Below are positions 1 to 9,166 of a DNA stretch of 64,000 nucleotides, piece by piece. The position numbers and the translations under genes were made by a program. The stretch covers positions 1 through 64,000 of the forward strand of contig CAYODJ010000007.1 in the NCBI GenBank assembly GCA_964402715.1. The letters run 5' to 3'. This stretch comes from an uncultured Victivallaceae bacterium. GTDB taxonomy: Bacteria; Verrucomicrobiota; Lentisphaeria; Victivallales; Victivallaceae. Under the pieces are notes generated by a model. It was not told where the DNA came from, searched no databases, and was given only the letters and a program-made list of their open reading frames with translations. Position 1 is the first letter of the stretch. Each line of letters begins with the position of its first letter.

Positions 1-780
1 CAGGCCTTTTTCAAGTGCCTCTCAGGAAATTTGCGCAATTCATGGGACGTTATCCGTCTCTATGACTTCATGAAGGAGAAGCAGGCCGAGGGCAGAATCA
101 GGCGGATCGGCTTCTCCTACCACGGCGAGCCGGAAACTCTCGCGCAGATAGCGAGGACATACCCGTGGGACATCGCGCAGATCCAGCTTAATTATCTCGA
201 CTGGGAACTGTGCCGTTCCGGAGAGCAGTATGACGTGCTGACCGGACTCGGAATTCCGGTGATAGTGATGGAGCCGTTGAAAGGCGGCACCCTGGTGAGA
301 CTGCCCCCCGGCGCGAAGAGGATCTTCGAGCAGGCCGATTCGTCCGCGAGCGTCGCGTCGTGGGGACTGCGTTTCGCGGCATCCCTGCCGAATGTGCAGA
401 TCGTTCTGTCCGGAATGTCGGATCCGTCGCACGTGGCCGACAACATCAAGACGTTCTCTCCGCTGCGCCCCCTGACCGACGGGGAGCGGAAAGTCATTGC
501 CGACGCGCTGTCCGTGTTCCGGAAATCGAGCGCGGTGCCCTGCACGGCGTGCCGTTACTGCGCACCGTGTCCGGCGGGGGTGGATATCCCCCGGAATCTG
601 GCCCTGTACAATCAGGTCAAGAGCGGAGGTGCGCTGTTTCATGCGAAGCTGGTCTACGACGCGATGCCGGAGGAGCAGAGGGCGTCGTCCTGCGTCAACT
701 GCGGAAGCTGCCTGAAGAAGTGTCCGCAGCGGATCGGGATTCCCGATCATCTGCAGGAGATGGCGAAGATGTTCCGGTGA
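1..780 (+). CDS. Aldo/keto reductase with C-terminal 4Fe-4S ferredoxin-like Cys cluster; 5' end cut off by window start
   Basis: Frame 1 is open from nt 1 (QAFFKCLSG...). AKR-like core followed by CxxCxxCP...CxxCxxCxxxCP motifs; stop at 778-780. Confidence 0.6.
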   Translation, partial: QAFFKCLSGNLRNSWDVIRLYDFMKEKQAEGRIRRIGFSYHGEPETLAQIARTYPWDIAQIQLNYLDWELCRSGEQYDVLTGLGIPVIVMEPLKGGTLVRLPPGAKRIFEQADSSASVASWGLRFAASLPNVQIVLSGMSDPSHVADNIKTFSPLRPLTDGERKVIADALSVFRKSSAVPCTACRYCAPCPAGVDIPRNLALYNQVKSGGALFHAKLVYDAMPEEQRASSCVNCGSCLKKCPQRIGIPDHLQEMAKMFR

Positions 781-885
781 TTCCGCGTACGCACGGGGAG
801 CGCCCGTGTTTCATCTCCGGTTTCCGCGACGGCCGCATGTCGCGGATCCGGCGCGCGCCGTCTGCGGAGACGGCGTCGGTTCCGC

Positions 886-920
886 GACCGGCGCCGCGGC
901 CGGCCGGTCTTTTTGCTTTT
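886..920 (+). terminator. Candidate intrinsic terminator after the aldo/keto reductase gene
   Basis: GACCGGC...GCCGGTC stem (886-909) followed by TTTTTGCTTTT (910-920). Confidence 0.45.
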
Positions 921-941
921 CGCAATTCAGCAGTGTATATT
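913..941 (+). promoter_or_regulatory. Candidate sigma70-type promoter (-35 TTGCTT, 17-nt spacer, -10 TATATT preceded by TG)
   Basis: TTGCTT at 913-918 and TGTATATT at 934-941, about 95 nt upstream of the 1039 start codon. Confidence 0.35.
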
Positions 942-1038
942 ACCCCGGCTTTCAAGGTGATTCGCGACGGCGGCGCCGCCGTTCATCGGTCCGGCGGAAA
1001 ACGCCGCGGGGAACATAATCGGAGAGAGAGTTTTGCTT

Positions 1039-1479
1039 ATGGCGGACAATCAGGAGATCAAGGAGTTCATCGCGAAGGAACTGGTCGCTGGACAGTCGCT
1101 TTCGGACATACAGGACAAGGTCAACGCCAAGTTTTCCTGCAAGAAGACGTTCATGGAGATCCGCCTCCTTGCCGCTGAAATTGAAGACATCGACTGGAAA
1201 TCTCTGGATCCGGAGCCTCCGAAGAACTCCGCAGGGCAGGAGTCGTCGCGGACGCGCGGCGCGGCGGCCGGACCGGGCAGGACCGAGATTACGCTGAGCA
1301 GGGTGCTGCGTCCCGGCGCCGTCGTCGGCGGCTCGGTGAGATTCGGCTCCGGAGCGCGGGCGGAGTGGTTTATGGATCAGTTCGGGCAGTGCGGTTTCGA
1401 CAATGTCTCCGGCGAGCCGACGGAACAGGACGAGATGGATTTCCAGAGAGAGCTGCAGCGGGTTCTGTCGTCGCGCTGA
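1039..1479 (+). CDS. Hypothetical protein (146 aa), no recognised domain
   Basis: ORF with SD GGAGAGAGAG at 1021-1030 and ATG at 1039 (the track's 1033 is a TTG). Acidic C-terminus. Confidence 0.45.
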   Translation: MADNQEIKEFIAKELVAGQSLSDIQDKVNAKFSCKKTFMEIRLLAAEIEDIDWKSLDPEPPKNSAGQESSRTRGAAAGPGRTEITLSRVLRPGAVVGGSVRFGSGARAEWFMDQFGQCGFDNVSGEPTEQDEMDFQRELQRVLSSR

Positions 1480-1741
1480 CGCGCCGCCGCATGACGGCGG
1501 CACCGTCGTCGATCGGGAGCGCACATCTTGTAGCACCTCTCCGTGTGACGGACGGTTTACCCGGCTCATGCCGATACGCGCCGCGGCCGGCGGCTTCCGG
1601 ACAGGATCTCCGTGCGCGCGCCGCGGCCGGATGCGGAATGCTTCCCGTATTCCGGCTATTTCTTCGCTGGCTCCGGAGCGGAGGACGGAACCCGGGTTCC
1701 GGTTCAGGCGCCGGAGATTCCCGAATCAGGAGACGGCGGAG

Positions 1742-2563
1742 ATGAATTTGTTCGACACCCATTTTCATTACGACGGCAATGAAACGCCGGAACAATACCG
1801 CGAGATCATCCGCCGCCATCTGCGGACGAGCGGAGTCGTGCCTGCGCCGGGGATTTTATACCTGATGGCGAACGGCACGGATTACGAGACGAGCCTCCTG
1901 GCCAGAGGTTTCGCGAAGGAAACGCCGAACGCATGGTTCGCGGCCGGACTGCATCCGCACTGCGCGGAGAGCGAAAAGCGGCCGATGGCGGACTTCGACG
2001 AGCTGCTGGAGGATCCGGGATGCGCGGCGGTCGGGGAAATAGGTCTGGATTATTTCTATGAAATCGTACCGCGCGGGCGTCAGCGGCATGTTCTTGAATA
2101 TTTCCTGTCGCTGGCTCTGCGGAAATCGATGCCGGCGGTGATTCACTGCCGGGACCGTGAAGGCGAATGCGGGGCCTATGAAGACATGTACAGCATCCTG
2201 AGAGACTTCTCCGGCGCGGGGGGACGCATGACCATCCATTGCTTTTCGGGCACTCCCGCATGGGCGGAGAGGATGCTGGAGCTGGGGAGCTGGCTCGGCG
2301 TGACCGGCATGGTGACTTTCTCCCGCGCCGTCAACATCCGCGACGTTCTGAAACTGATTCCCGACGACAGGCTGCTGCTGGAAACGGACGCTCCGTATCT
2401 GGCGCCGGTTCCGTATCGGGGAAAGCCCAACACGCCGGGATATCTTCCTCTGATCGCGGCCAGAGTCGCGCAGGAGAAGGGACGCGGTGTGGAGGATGTC
2501 GCGAATCTCGCCACGGAGAATGCGCTGAATTTCTTCGGGCTGGCGGGGAGGTCGGGTCGATGA
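1742..2563 (+). CDS. tatD: TatD-family metal-dependent deoxyribonuclease/hydrolase
   Basis: MNLFDTHFHYD...GEIGLDYF...HCRD...ETDAPYL motifs. Real start is ATG 1742 inside the longer ORF 1403-2563. Confidence 0.8.
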   Translation: MNLFDTHFHYDGNETPEQYREIIRRHLRTSGVVPAPGILYLMANGTDYETSLLARGFAKETPNAWFAAGLHPHCAESEKRPMADFDELLEDPGCAAVGEIGLDYFYEIVPRGRQRHVLEYFLSLALRKSMPAVIHCRDREGECGAYEDMYSILRDFSGAGGRMTIHCFSGTPAWAERMLELGSWLGVTGMVTFSRAVNIRDVLKLIPDDRLLLETDAPYLAPVPYRGKPNTPGYLPLIAARVAQEKGRGVEDVANLATENALNFFGLAGRSGR

Positions 2564-3375
2564 CGCGGTTCGAACCGCTTCCTCCGCTGACCGTGCAGGG
2601 AGACGGTTCCGCAGTGGTGGCGGCGTTCGCCGAGGGGCGCCTGCTTCTGACCCGCATGGAGGACGGTTCCCTGCGTCTTCCCAGCGCGGCGGCGGTGGTG
2701 CGGAGCCCGGCCGAGATGGTGCGGGTCGGGCGTTTCGGCGGGCGTCTGTGCGGCGCTCTGAACCTGCCGGTCTGTCCGGGGATCGCCGGAGTGGAGGCTC
2801 TGGATCTCAGAGAGGCGCTGCAGGCTCTGCCGGAGGCGGAGCGGACGGCGGCCTCGCGCGGGCGTGAGCTGCTTTTCTGGCGGGACAGGAGGCGTTTCTG
2901 CGGAGTCTGCGGCGCGGCGGTGGTCGATCACGGAAAGGAGTGCGCGCGGATCTGCACGGCGTGCGGTGCCATGTATTTCCCGGTGCTGGCCCCGGCGGTC
3001 ATTGTGGCGGTGCACCGCGGGGAGCGGCTGCTGCTGGCTCACAACCGTAAATTCCGTGACGGAGTGTACAGTCTGATCGCCGGATTCGTGGAAGCCGGTG
3101 AGAATCTGGAGAACGCGGTGCGCCGCGAGGTTCTGGAGGAGACGGGAATCGAGATCAGGAACCTGGCCTACTTCGGCAGTCAGAGCTGGCCGTTTCCGAA
3201 CTCGCTGATGCTGGGATTTCATGCCGAGTACGCGTCGGGCGAACTGCGGGCGGACGGCGAGGAAATCTCCGACGCCGGCTGGTTTTCTCCCGAGTCGTTT
3301 CCCATGCTTCCGTCTCCGGGCAGCATTTCACGGGAATTAATCGAGGACTGCCGTCGGAGAATGCTGAATGAATGA
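2560..3375 (+). CDS. nudC: NAD+ diphosphatase NudC (zinc-ribbon + NUDIX)
   Basis: CGVCGAAVVDHGKECARICTACG zinc ribbon, then a Nudix box (GFVEAGENLENAVRREVLEETG). ATG overlaps the tatD stop (ATGA at 2560-2563). Confidence 0.65.
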   Translation: MTRFEPLPPLTVQGDGSAVVAAFAEGRLLLTRMEDGSLRLPSAAAVVRSPAEMVRVGRFGGRLCGALNLPVCPGIAGVEALDLREALQALPEAERTAASRGRELLFWRDRRRFCGVCGAAVVDHGKECARICTACGAMYFPVLAPAVIVAVHRGERLLLAHNRKFRDGVYSLIAGFVEAGENLENAVRREVLEETGIEIRNLAYFGSQSWPFPNSLMLGFHAEYASGELRADGEEISDAGWFSPESFPMLPSPGSISRELIEDCRRRMLNE

Positions 3376-3408
3376 CGCGCCGGGAACGGGACGTCATGGG
3401 GAGGAATC

Positions 3409-3954
3409 ATGAATGAGGAGCTTTTTTTCCGCGGATCGCTGCTGCTGGCCGCTCTGATCTGGGCGGCTCTCGGGTGCTGGACATATACCCTGAACGGGGA
3501 CAAACTTCCGCGCTGGGAGAAGCTGCCGCGCAACCGCGCGGTCGGCGCGCTGCTGGGCTGTGCCGCGCTGATCTGGTGCATCCCGCACGCGCGGCCGGTT
3601 GTCTTCGACTGGATGGTGCCGTATCTGTGGCCCATGGCGATCGGCGGGACGGTTCTCGGATACTGTTTTCTGGATTATCTGTTCGCGCGCGCCGCCGGCG
3701 GTCTGCTGATACTCGTCTCCTACCATTTCGTGCACGGCACGTTCGATTTTCACACGCAGGGGGCGCCTTTTCTGGCGATTCTCTACTGGATAATCGGCGT
3801 TTTTGGCATCTGCATCTCCGGAAAGCCGTACTGGCTTAGGGACTTGCTGCGGGCTCTCTGCGGGAAGGTCCGCCTCCGTCTGTTTACATGCGGATTTCTG
3901 CTGCTGCTGGGCGTCGCCACCCTGCTCGGCGGACTGCTGCCCAAAGCACAGTGA
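3409..3954 (+). CDS. Polytopic membrane protein, unknown function
   Basis: 181-aa ORF with 5-6 hydrophobic helices; SD GGGAGGAA upstream of ATG 3409. Confidence 0.5.
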   Translation: MNEELFFRGSLLLAALIWAALGCWTYTLNGDKLPRWEKLPRNRAVGALLGCAALIWCIPHARPVVFDWMVPYLWPMAIGGTVLGYCFLDYLFARAAGGLLILVSYHFVHGTFDFHTQGAPFLAILYWIIGVFGICISGKPYWLRDLLRALCGKVRLRLFTCGFLLLLGVATLLGGLLPKAQ

Positions 3955-3960
3955 GCGGCG

Positions 3961-4623
3961 ATGTTCGATCTTGTCGCCTTTGCGTCGGAATGCGGAGCGG
4001 CGGATCCGGAACGCTTCGCGCGGGAGTCCGGACAGCTCTTCCGGCTGCTGACGGACGCGAACCGGACGGTGAATCTGACCCGTATCGTCGCGCCGGAGGA
4101 CTTCGAGACGAAGCATGTGGCCGACTCGCTGTCGATCGCCCGCTTTTTCCCGGAATTCAGGACTGAACCTCTGCGGGTAGCGGACATCGGCTGCGGGGCG
4201 GGTTTTCCGTCGCTGGTGCTGGCCATGGCTTTCCCCGGGCTTCAGGTGACGGCCGTCGATTCCACCGGGAAGAAAATCGCGTTTGTCGAACGTGCGGCGG
4301 CGGTGTTGAGGCTGCGGAATCTGAGGACGCTTGCCGGACGATCCTGCGAGCTCAACCGCCGGCGGGAACACCAGCGTCGGTTCGACGTCGTCACCGCGCG
4401 CGCCGTCGGTCCGGCGAGCGAAATCTGGAGGGACGCCCGGAACTTTCCGAACCGTGACGGCCGTTTCATTCTCTACAAGACGCCGCGGCAGGCGGAAGCG
4501 GAACTCGCCGACGTCCGCAGGATCTCGCACGGTCTGTCATGGTGCCTCACCGATGTCTTCGAGCTTCCGGGAAACTGCGGTCAGCGGCTGTTTCTTTATT
4601 CGGACCGTCCTTCCTCCGGCTGA
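3961..4623 (+). CDS. rsmG: 16S rRNA (guanine527-N7)-methyltransferase RsmG (GidB)
   Basis: NLTRI...FETKHVADSL...DIGCGAGFP...TAVDSTGKKIAF motifs typical of GidB. Confidence 0.7.
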   Translation: MFDLVAFASECGAADPERFARESGQLFRLLTDANRTVNLTRIVAPEDFETKHVADSLSIARFFPEFRTEPLRVADIGCGAGFPSLVLAMAFPGLQVTAVDSTGKKIAFVERAAAVLRLRNLRTLAGRSCELNRRREHQRRFDVVTARAVGPASEIWRDARNFPNRDGRFILYKTPRQAEAELADVRRISHGLSWCLTDVFELPGNCGQRLFLYSDRPSSG

Positions 4624-4633
4624 CGGCCCCGGT

Positions 4634-5599
4634 TCAGCGTTTCCGCTGGATCAGCACGGCCGCGACGATGACCGCGCCTTTCACCGTTCCCTGCAGATTG
4701 ACCGAGACGCCCCACATGTCGAGCACGTTGGAGACGATCCCCAGAATCAGGACTCCCGCCAGCGTGCCCCAGACCGATCCCCGTCCGCCGGACATCGCGG
4801 TGCCCCCGATTATCACCGCCGCGATGGCATCCAGCTCGTAGGAGAGCCCGGCGTTGGTCGAGCTCATGGAATTGAGACGCGCCGCCAGCAGTATGGCGCT
4901 GACGCCGACGGCGGCGCCGGAAAGGATGTATGTCAGGAAGCGCACGCGTCCGGTGTGGATGGCGGCGAATTCCGCCACCCGCTCGCTGGAGCCGACGGCG
5001 CACAGATGCCGTCCGAACCGCGTCCGGTTGAGCAAGACCGCGAACAAGAACGTGACGCAGAACAGTATCCATACCGGCAGCGGCACCGACAGCCACGACG
5101 CGCCTCCCAGGCGGCCGAAGAGTTCGTTGCCGCTGCTGGCCAGTCCGGCGTCCGCGGCATAGAGAGCCAGCGATCGGAAGACCGACAGCGTGCCCAGTGT
5201 GGCGATGAACGGCGGAATTCTCCCTATGACCACCAGAGCGCCGTTCAGCGCCCCGCCTCCGACGCCGACGGCTCCGGCGACCAGCGCACCCGCAATCAGA
5301 CCGGCCGCCGGATCGGCCACATGGTTCATGGCCATGATTCCCAGCACGCCCGACAGCGCCAGCAACGAGCCTACGGACAAATCGATGCCGCCTCCGACGA
5401 TGATCAGCGTCATGCCTATGGATATGATTCCGCTGTAGGACACCTGGCGCAGAATGTTGAACAGGTTCTGCGACTGCCGGAAGCCTTCGCTGGAAAGACA
5501 GCAGACCGCCAGCAGCACGGCCAGCGCCAGATACGACCCTCCTGTTCTGAGCGACGGCCTCCACCGCGCCAGCGCATGAATTGAGAATTTCATCGTCAT
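4634..5599 (-). CDS. Sugar ABC transporter permease (RbsC/BPD inner-membrane family)
   Basis: Polytopic, with GGIDLSVGS and the conserved permease core. Likely start is MTMKFS at 5599, downstream of the ATPase stop. Confidence 0.65.
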   Translation of the reverse strand: MTMKFSIHALARWRPSLRTGGSYLALAVLLAVCCLSSEGFRQSQNLFNILRQVSYSGIISIGMTLIIVGGGIDLSVGSLLALSGVLGIMAMNHVADPAAGLIAGALVAGAVGVGGGALNGALVVIGRIPPFIATLGTLSVFRSLALYAADAGLASSGNELFGRLGGASWLSVPLPVWILFCVTFLFAVLLNRTRFGRHLCAVGSSERVAEFAAIHTGRVRFLTYILSGAAVGVSAILLAARLNSMSSTNAGLSYELDAIAAVIIGGTAMSGGRGSVWGTLAGVLILGIVSNVLDMWGVSVNLQGTVKGAVIVAAVLIQRKR

Positions 5600-5601
5600 T
5601 T

Positions 5602-7092
5602 CTATCTCACTCCGGTTGCAAGATACATGATCCGCTCCTCGTTGACGTCGTCGCCTTCGACCGCTCCGGCCAGTCTGCCGTCGCGCATGACCAGAACCCG
5701 GCGGCACATGCCGATGATCTCCTCCAGATCGGAGGAGATCAGCAGACAGGCGACGCCCTTGTCCGCCAGACTGCGGATGAAGTCGTACACCTCGCAGCGG
5801 GCACCCACGTCCACGCCTCTGGCCGGTTCGTCAAAAATGAACACTTTCGGATCCGTGTCCAGCCCTTTCGCGATGGCGACTTTCTGCTGGTTGCCCCCGG
5901 ACAGGAAACGCGTCGGCATCTCCGTGCCGCCGGCGCGGATGCGGAAAAGCTTCCGGTAATATTCCGCCCGCCTGCGTTCGGCGTCGCGGTCGATGAACCA
6001 TCGCCCGTATTTCGACAGCGATGTCAGGGTTATGTTCTGAGTCATCGTGAAATCCGGCAGGATGCCTGTTCCCTGACGATCTTCGGACAGCAGCGCTATC
6101 CCCGCGCGCACGGCCTGCGGCGCGGAACGGAAGCGCACCCGCCTCCCGTTCAGAGTCATGCTCCCCTTTGATATCCGGCGCAGACCGTAAATGGTTTCGG
6201 CCAGTTCGCTGCGGCCGCTTCCTCCCAGTCCGGCCACTCCCAGGATTTCGCCGCTGCGCAGTTCGAACGATATGTCTTCCAGCGCTCCGGGCACCGAAAC
6301 TTCCGACAAGGCAAGGAGCACGGGAGCGTCCGATTTCGGCTCGCGGCGCGGCGGAAACTTTCTGGAGAATCTGCGTCCGACCATCATCCTCGCCATGGCG
6401 TCCGGCTCCAGCGTCCCGGCGGCATGTCTCCCGACGATTCTCCCGTCACGCAGAACCGCGACCTCGTCGCAGAGCTCCTTCACCTCCCGGAGCTTATGCG
6501 AGACGAAGATGGTCGACACTCCGGCGGACCGCAGGTCTCTGATGATGCCGAACAGCAGATCCGCCTCCCGCCTGTTGAGGACGGTGGTCGGTTCGTCCAT
6601 GATCAGCAGACGGCACTGCCGGCTGAGAGCCCGGGCGATTTCAACGAACTCCTTTTCGGCCACGCTCAACGAGTCCACGGGGGAATCGGGATCCAGATCC
6701 ACCTGCAGCCTCGACAACGTCCTGCGGGCGTCCAGCCGCATCCTCGTCCGATCCAGCAGACCAAGTCCGGTCCGCGGCTCTCTGCCGAGGAACAGGTTTT
6801 CGCAGACCGACAGTCCGCCGATCAGGTTGAACTCCTGCGGAACATAGGAAATGCCCGCCGCCGCCGCCTGCGAGGTGTTCTGGAAAGACGCGGGACGGCC
6901 GTCGAGCAGGATCCGTCCGCTGTCGCGGCGTTCGAGCCCGGTCAGGCACTTGATCAGCGTGGACTTTCCCGCGCCGTTCTCGCCGATCAGGCCGAGAATC
7001 GTTCCGGACGGCAGCGTCAGCGAGATGTCCGTCAGAACCGGAACGTCGGAGTAGCTTTTTGACAGCCGTTCAATTTTCAGCAAATCGCTCAT
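5602..7092 (-). CDS. Sugar ABC transporter ATP-binding protein with two fused ABC domains (RbsA/MglA-like)
   Basis: Two Walker A motifs (GENGAGKST; GLGGSGRSEL) and two LSGG signatures. Start MSDLLKIERL at 7092; an alternative ATG lies at 7107. Confidence 0.7.
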   Translation of the reverse strand: MSDLLKIERLSKSYSDVPVLTDISLTLPSGTILGLIGENGAGKSTLIKCLTGLERRDSGRILLDGRPASFQNTSQAAAAGISYVPQEFNLIGGLSVCENLFLGREPRTGLGLLDRTRMRLDARRTLSRLQVDLDPDSPVDSLSVAEKEFVEIARALSRQCRLLIMDEPTTVLNRREADLLFGIIRDLRSAGVSTIFVSHKLREVKELCDEVAVLRDGRIVGRHAAGTLEPDAMARMMVGRRFSRKFPPRREPKSDAPVLLALSEVSVPGALEDISFELRSGEILGVAGLGGSGRSELAETIYGLRRISKGSMTLNGRRVRFRSAPQAVRAGIALLSEDRQGTGILPDFTMTQNITLTSLSKYGRWFIDRDAERRRAEYYRKLFRIRAGGTEMPTRFLSGGNQQKVAIAKGLDTDPKVFIFDEPARGVDVGARCEVYDFIRSLADKGVACLLISSDLEEIIGMCRRVLVMRDGRLAGAVEGDDVNEERIMYLATGVR

Positions 7093-7140
7093 TGACGTGC
7101 ACCGCATGTCGTCCGCAGCGGGGGCGGGCGGGGGCGCCGC

Positions 7141-7181
7141 GAAAAAAACGATCCCCCCGCAGGACGGTTCCGCGCGGGGGG
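7141..7181 (-). terminator. Candidate intrinsic terminator of the rpsB-tsf operon
   Basis: On the minus strand, CCCCCCGC...GCGGGGGG hairpin followed by ATCGTTTTTTT, 30-70 nt after the tsf stop. Confidence 0.5.
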
Positions 7182-7208
7182 ACTGAGCCGAAACGTCGGA
7201 GTACCCCG

Positions 7209-8009
7209 TCAGAGCTCCTCGCCGACTTCCCAGCGCACGAAACGCTTCACCCGGGCGCCCGGTCTCAGTTTCGCGAACGACGTCTTGTCGTCGCGGATCC
7301 ACGGCTGATGGACCAGACAGACCTCGCTGTAGAACTTCCGAATCTTTCCCTCGACTATCTTGTCGATGATGTCGGCGGGTTTGCCGGACTGCTGCTGCTG
7401 CGCCGCAGCGATTTCGCGTTCCCTGGCGACGACCTCCTCCGGCACGCAGTCCTTGCAGATGTAGGACGGGCGGAACGCGGCGATATGCATGCACAGGTCG
7501 TTCAGCAGACCCGGATCGCTTTCCCCCTCCACCTCGACCATGACCCCGACGCGTCCGCCCATGTGCAGATAGTCGCCCAGCGTTCCGGACGCGTTCCACT
7601 TCAGGGCGCGCCGGATCTGCATGTTTTCGCCGATGGTGGCGATTCTGTCGATCAGCTTGTCCCTGTTGAGTTCGTTGACCTGCGTCGTGACATCCCCTTC
7701 GGCATCCGCGGTCAGCGCACTTCTGCCGACTTCCAGCACGAAGTCACGGAAGCGATCCGTGTTGGCGGCGAAATCCGTCTCGCACAGGACTTCGACCATC
7801 GCCCCTCTGCCGTTTTCAATCACGGCGATTATCCTGCCCTGGTTCGTGGCACGGCCGGACTTCTTCTCCGCCTTCGCCGCGCCGTGCTTGCGGAGCTCCT
7901 CCACCGCCTTGTCCATGTCGCCGCCGGCCGCAGTGAGAGCGCGCTTGCAGTCCATCATCCCGGCCCCGGTCTTTTCCCTGAGGGCTTTCACCATATCAGC
8001 GTTGATCAT
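7209..8009 (-). CDS. tsf: Translation elongation factor Ts
   Basis: N-terminal UBA-like motif MVKALREKTGAGMMDCKRAL; full-length EF-Ts similarity. SD GGAGGAAAAG before ATG 8009. Confidence 0.9.
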   Translation of the reverse strand: MINADMVKALREKTGAGMMDCKRALTAAGGDMDKAVEELRKHGAAKAEKKSGRATNQGRIIAVIENGRGAMVEVLCETDFAANTDRFRDFVLEVGRSALTADAEGDVTTQVNELNRDKLIDRIATIGENMQIRRALKWNASGTLGDYLHMGGRVGVMVEVEGESDPGLLNDLCMHIAAFRPSYICKDCVPEEVVAREREIAAAQQQQSGKPADIIDKIVEGKIRKFYSEVCLVHQPWIRDDKTSFAKLRPGARVKRFVRWEVGEEL

Positions 8010-8030
8010 ATCTTTTCCTCCAGTGAATCG

Positions 8031-8957
8031 CTATTCGGTCTTCGGCTTGTCGGCGGCCGGTTCCGCCGCAGCCGCGTCCTCGGCGGGGGCGGCGGCCTTG
8101 GCGGCGCGCGGCGTGCGCCTGGTCTTTCCGTCGCTCTTTCCGTCGCTCCTGCGCGTGCGCGGCGCGCGCTTCGGCTTCTCCTGCTGCTTGTCCTGCTGCG
8201 CATCCTCCGCGCCGTCGTCGGCCGCTTTCTTCGCGGCTTCCTCGGAGTCCTTCTCTTCGATTACCTTCTTCTGATAGATTTCCTTCGCCGCCAGAACCGC
8301 GTCGGCGAACAGGTCGACGATGATCTGCAGCGATTTGACGGCGTCGTCGTTGGCCGCGACCGGGTAATCCACCAAGGTCGGGTCGCCGTTGGTGTCCACG
8401 ATCGCCACAATCGGGATATGAAGCTTGTTGGCCTCCCGCACCGCGTTGATCTCGTTGCAGACGTCGATGACCACCAGCACCGCAGGCAGTTTCTTCATCG
8501 ACGCGATGCCGTCGAGATCGCGGTGAAGCTTGGCCGCGTTGCGGGCGAGCGTGGACACTTCCTTCTTCGTCATGCTTCTGACGTCCTCGGACTGCAGCGC
8601 CGCGTCGATTTCCGCCATCTTGGTGATGCTTCTGCGGATGGTGACGTTGTTGGTCAGCGTGCCGCCGAGCCAGCGTTCGGACACGTGGTGCATGCCGGTC
8701 TTCTCGGCGATCCCGCGGGTCAGCTCCTTGGCCTGACGTTTCGTTCCGACGAAGAGAATCTCCCCTCCCTTGATGACGACTCTCTGCAGGAAGTTGCAGG
8801 CGTCGGCTATCTGGTACATGGTCTTGCCGAGATCGATGATGGAAATGCCGTTCTTGGCGCCGTAGACATAGTCCTTCATCCTGGGATTCCATCTGCGGGT
8901 CTGATGCCCGAAGTGACACCCCGCCTCCAGCAAATCGTTGATCGTGACTTTCGACAT
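8031..8957 (-). CDS. rpsB: 30S ribosomal protein S2 with long A/K/E-rich C-terminal tail
   Basis: CHFGHQTRRWNP...ILFVGTKRQA...VVIDVCNE S2 signature. ATG 8957 has SD GAGGAGG 7 nt upstream; the track start 8963 is a TTG. Confidence 0.9.
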   Translation of the reverse strand: MSKVTINDLLEAGCHFGHQTRRWNPRMKDYVYGAKNGISIIDLGKTMYQIADACNFLQRVVIKGGEILFVGTKRQAKELTRGIAEKTGMHHVSERWLGGTLTNNVTIRRSITKMAEIDAALQSEDVRSMTKKEVSTLARNAAKLHRDLDGIASMKKLPAVLVVIDVCNEINAVREANKLHIPIVAIVDTNGDPTLVDYPVAANDDAVKSLQIIVDLFADAVLAAKEIYQKKVIEEKDSEEAAKKAADDGAEDAQQDKQQEKPKRAPRTRRSDGKSDGKTRRTPRAAKAAAPAEDAAAAEPAADKPKTE

Positions 8958-9081
8958 CTGCAACCTCCTCGTGCTTTGTCTGCGGCGGCTTTATCCTCGG
9001 CACGGATGTTCCAAGTCGCCTTTGCTGTTTGTTTGTGCGCCCGGCATGTCCGGGTCCCCGATATGAAAATCAGCGTCCCCG

Positions 9082-9112
9082 AATATAGCACATGTCGGAA
9101 TTTTTTCCAGCG
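9082..9112 (-). promoter_or_regulatory. Candidate rpsB promoter (extended -10 TGCTATATT on minus strand)
   Basis: Minus-strand TGCTATATT (plus 9082-9090) about 120 nt upstream of rpsB, with a weak -35. This is a hand-picked sigma70-like match only. Confidence 0.25.
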
Positions 9113-9166
9113 CCGGCGGGATTTTTCGCCGCCGTTCCGGCGCACCGCGGGGATCGCCGCGGGGGA

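Noticed and set aside
1403-1741. 339-nt upstream extension of the tatD ORF
   Set aside because: Arg-rich with no similarity to anything. TatD homologs start at MNLFDTHFH (ATG 1742).
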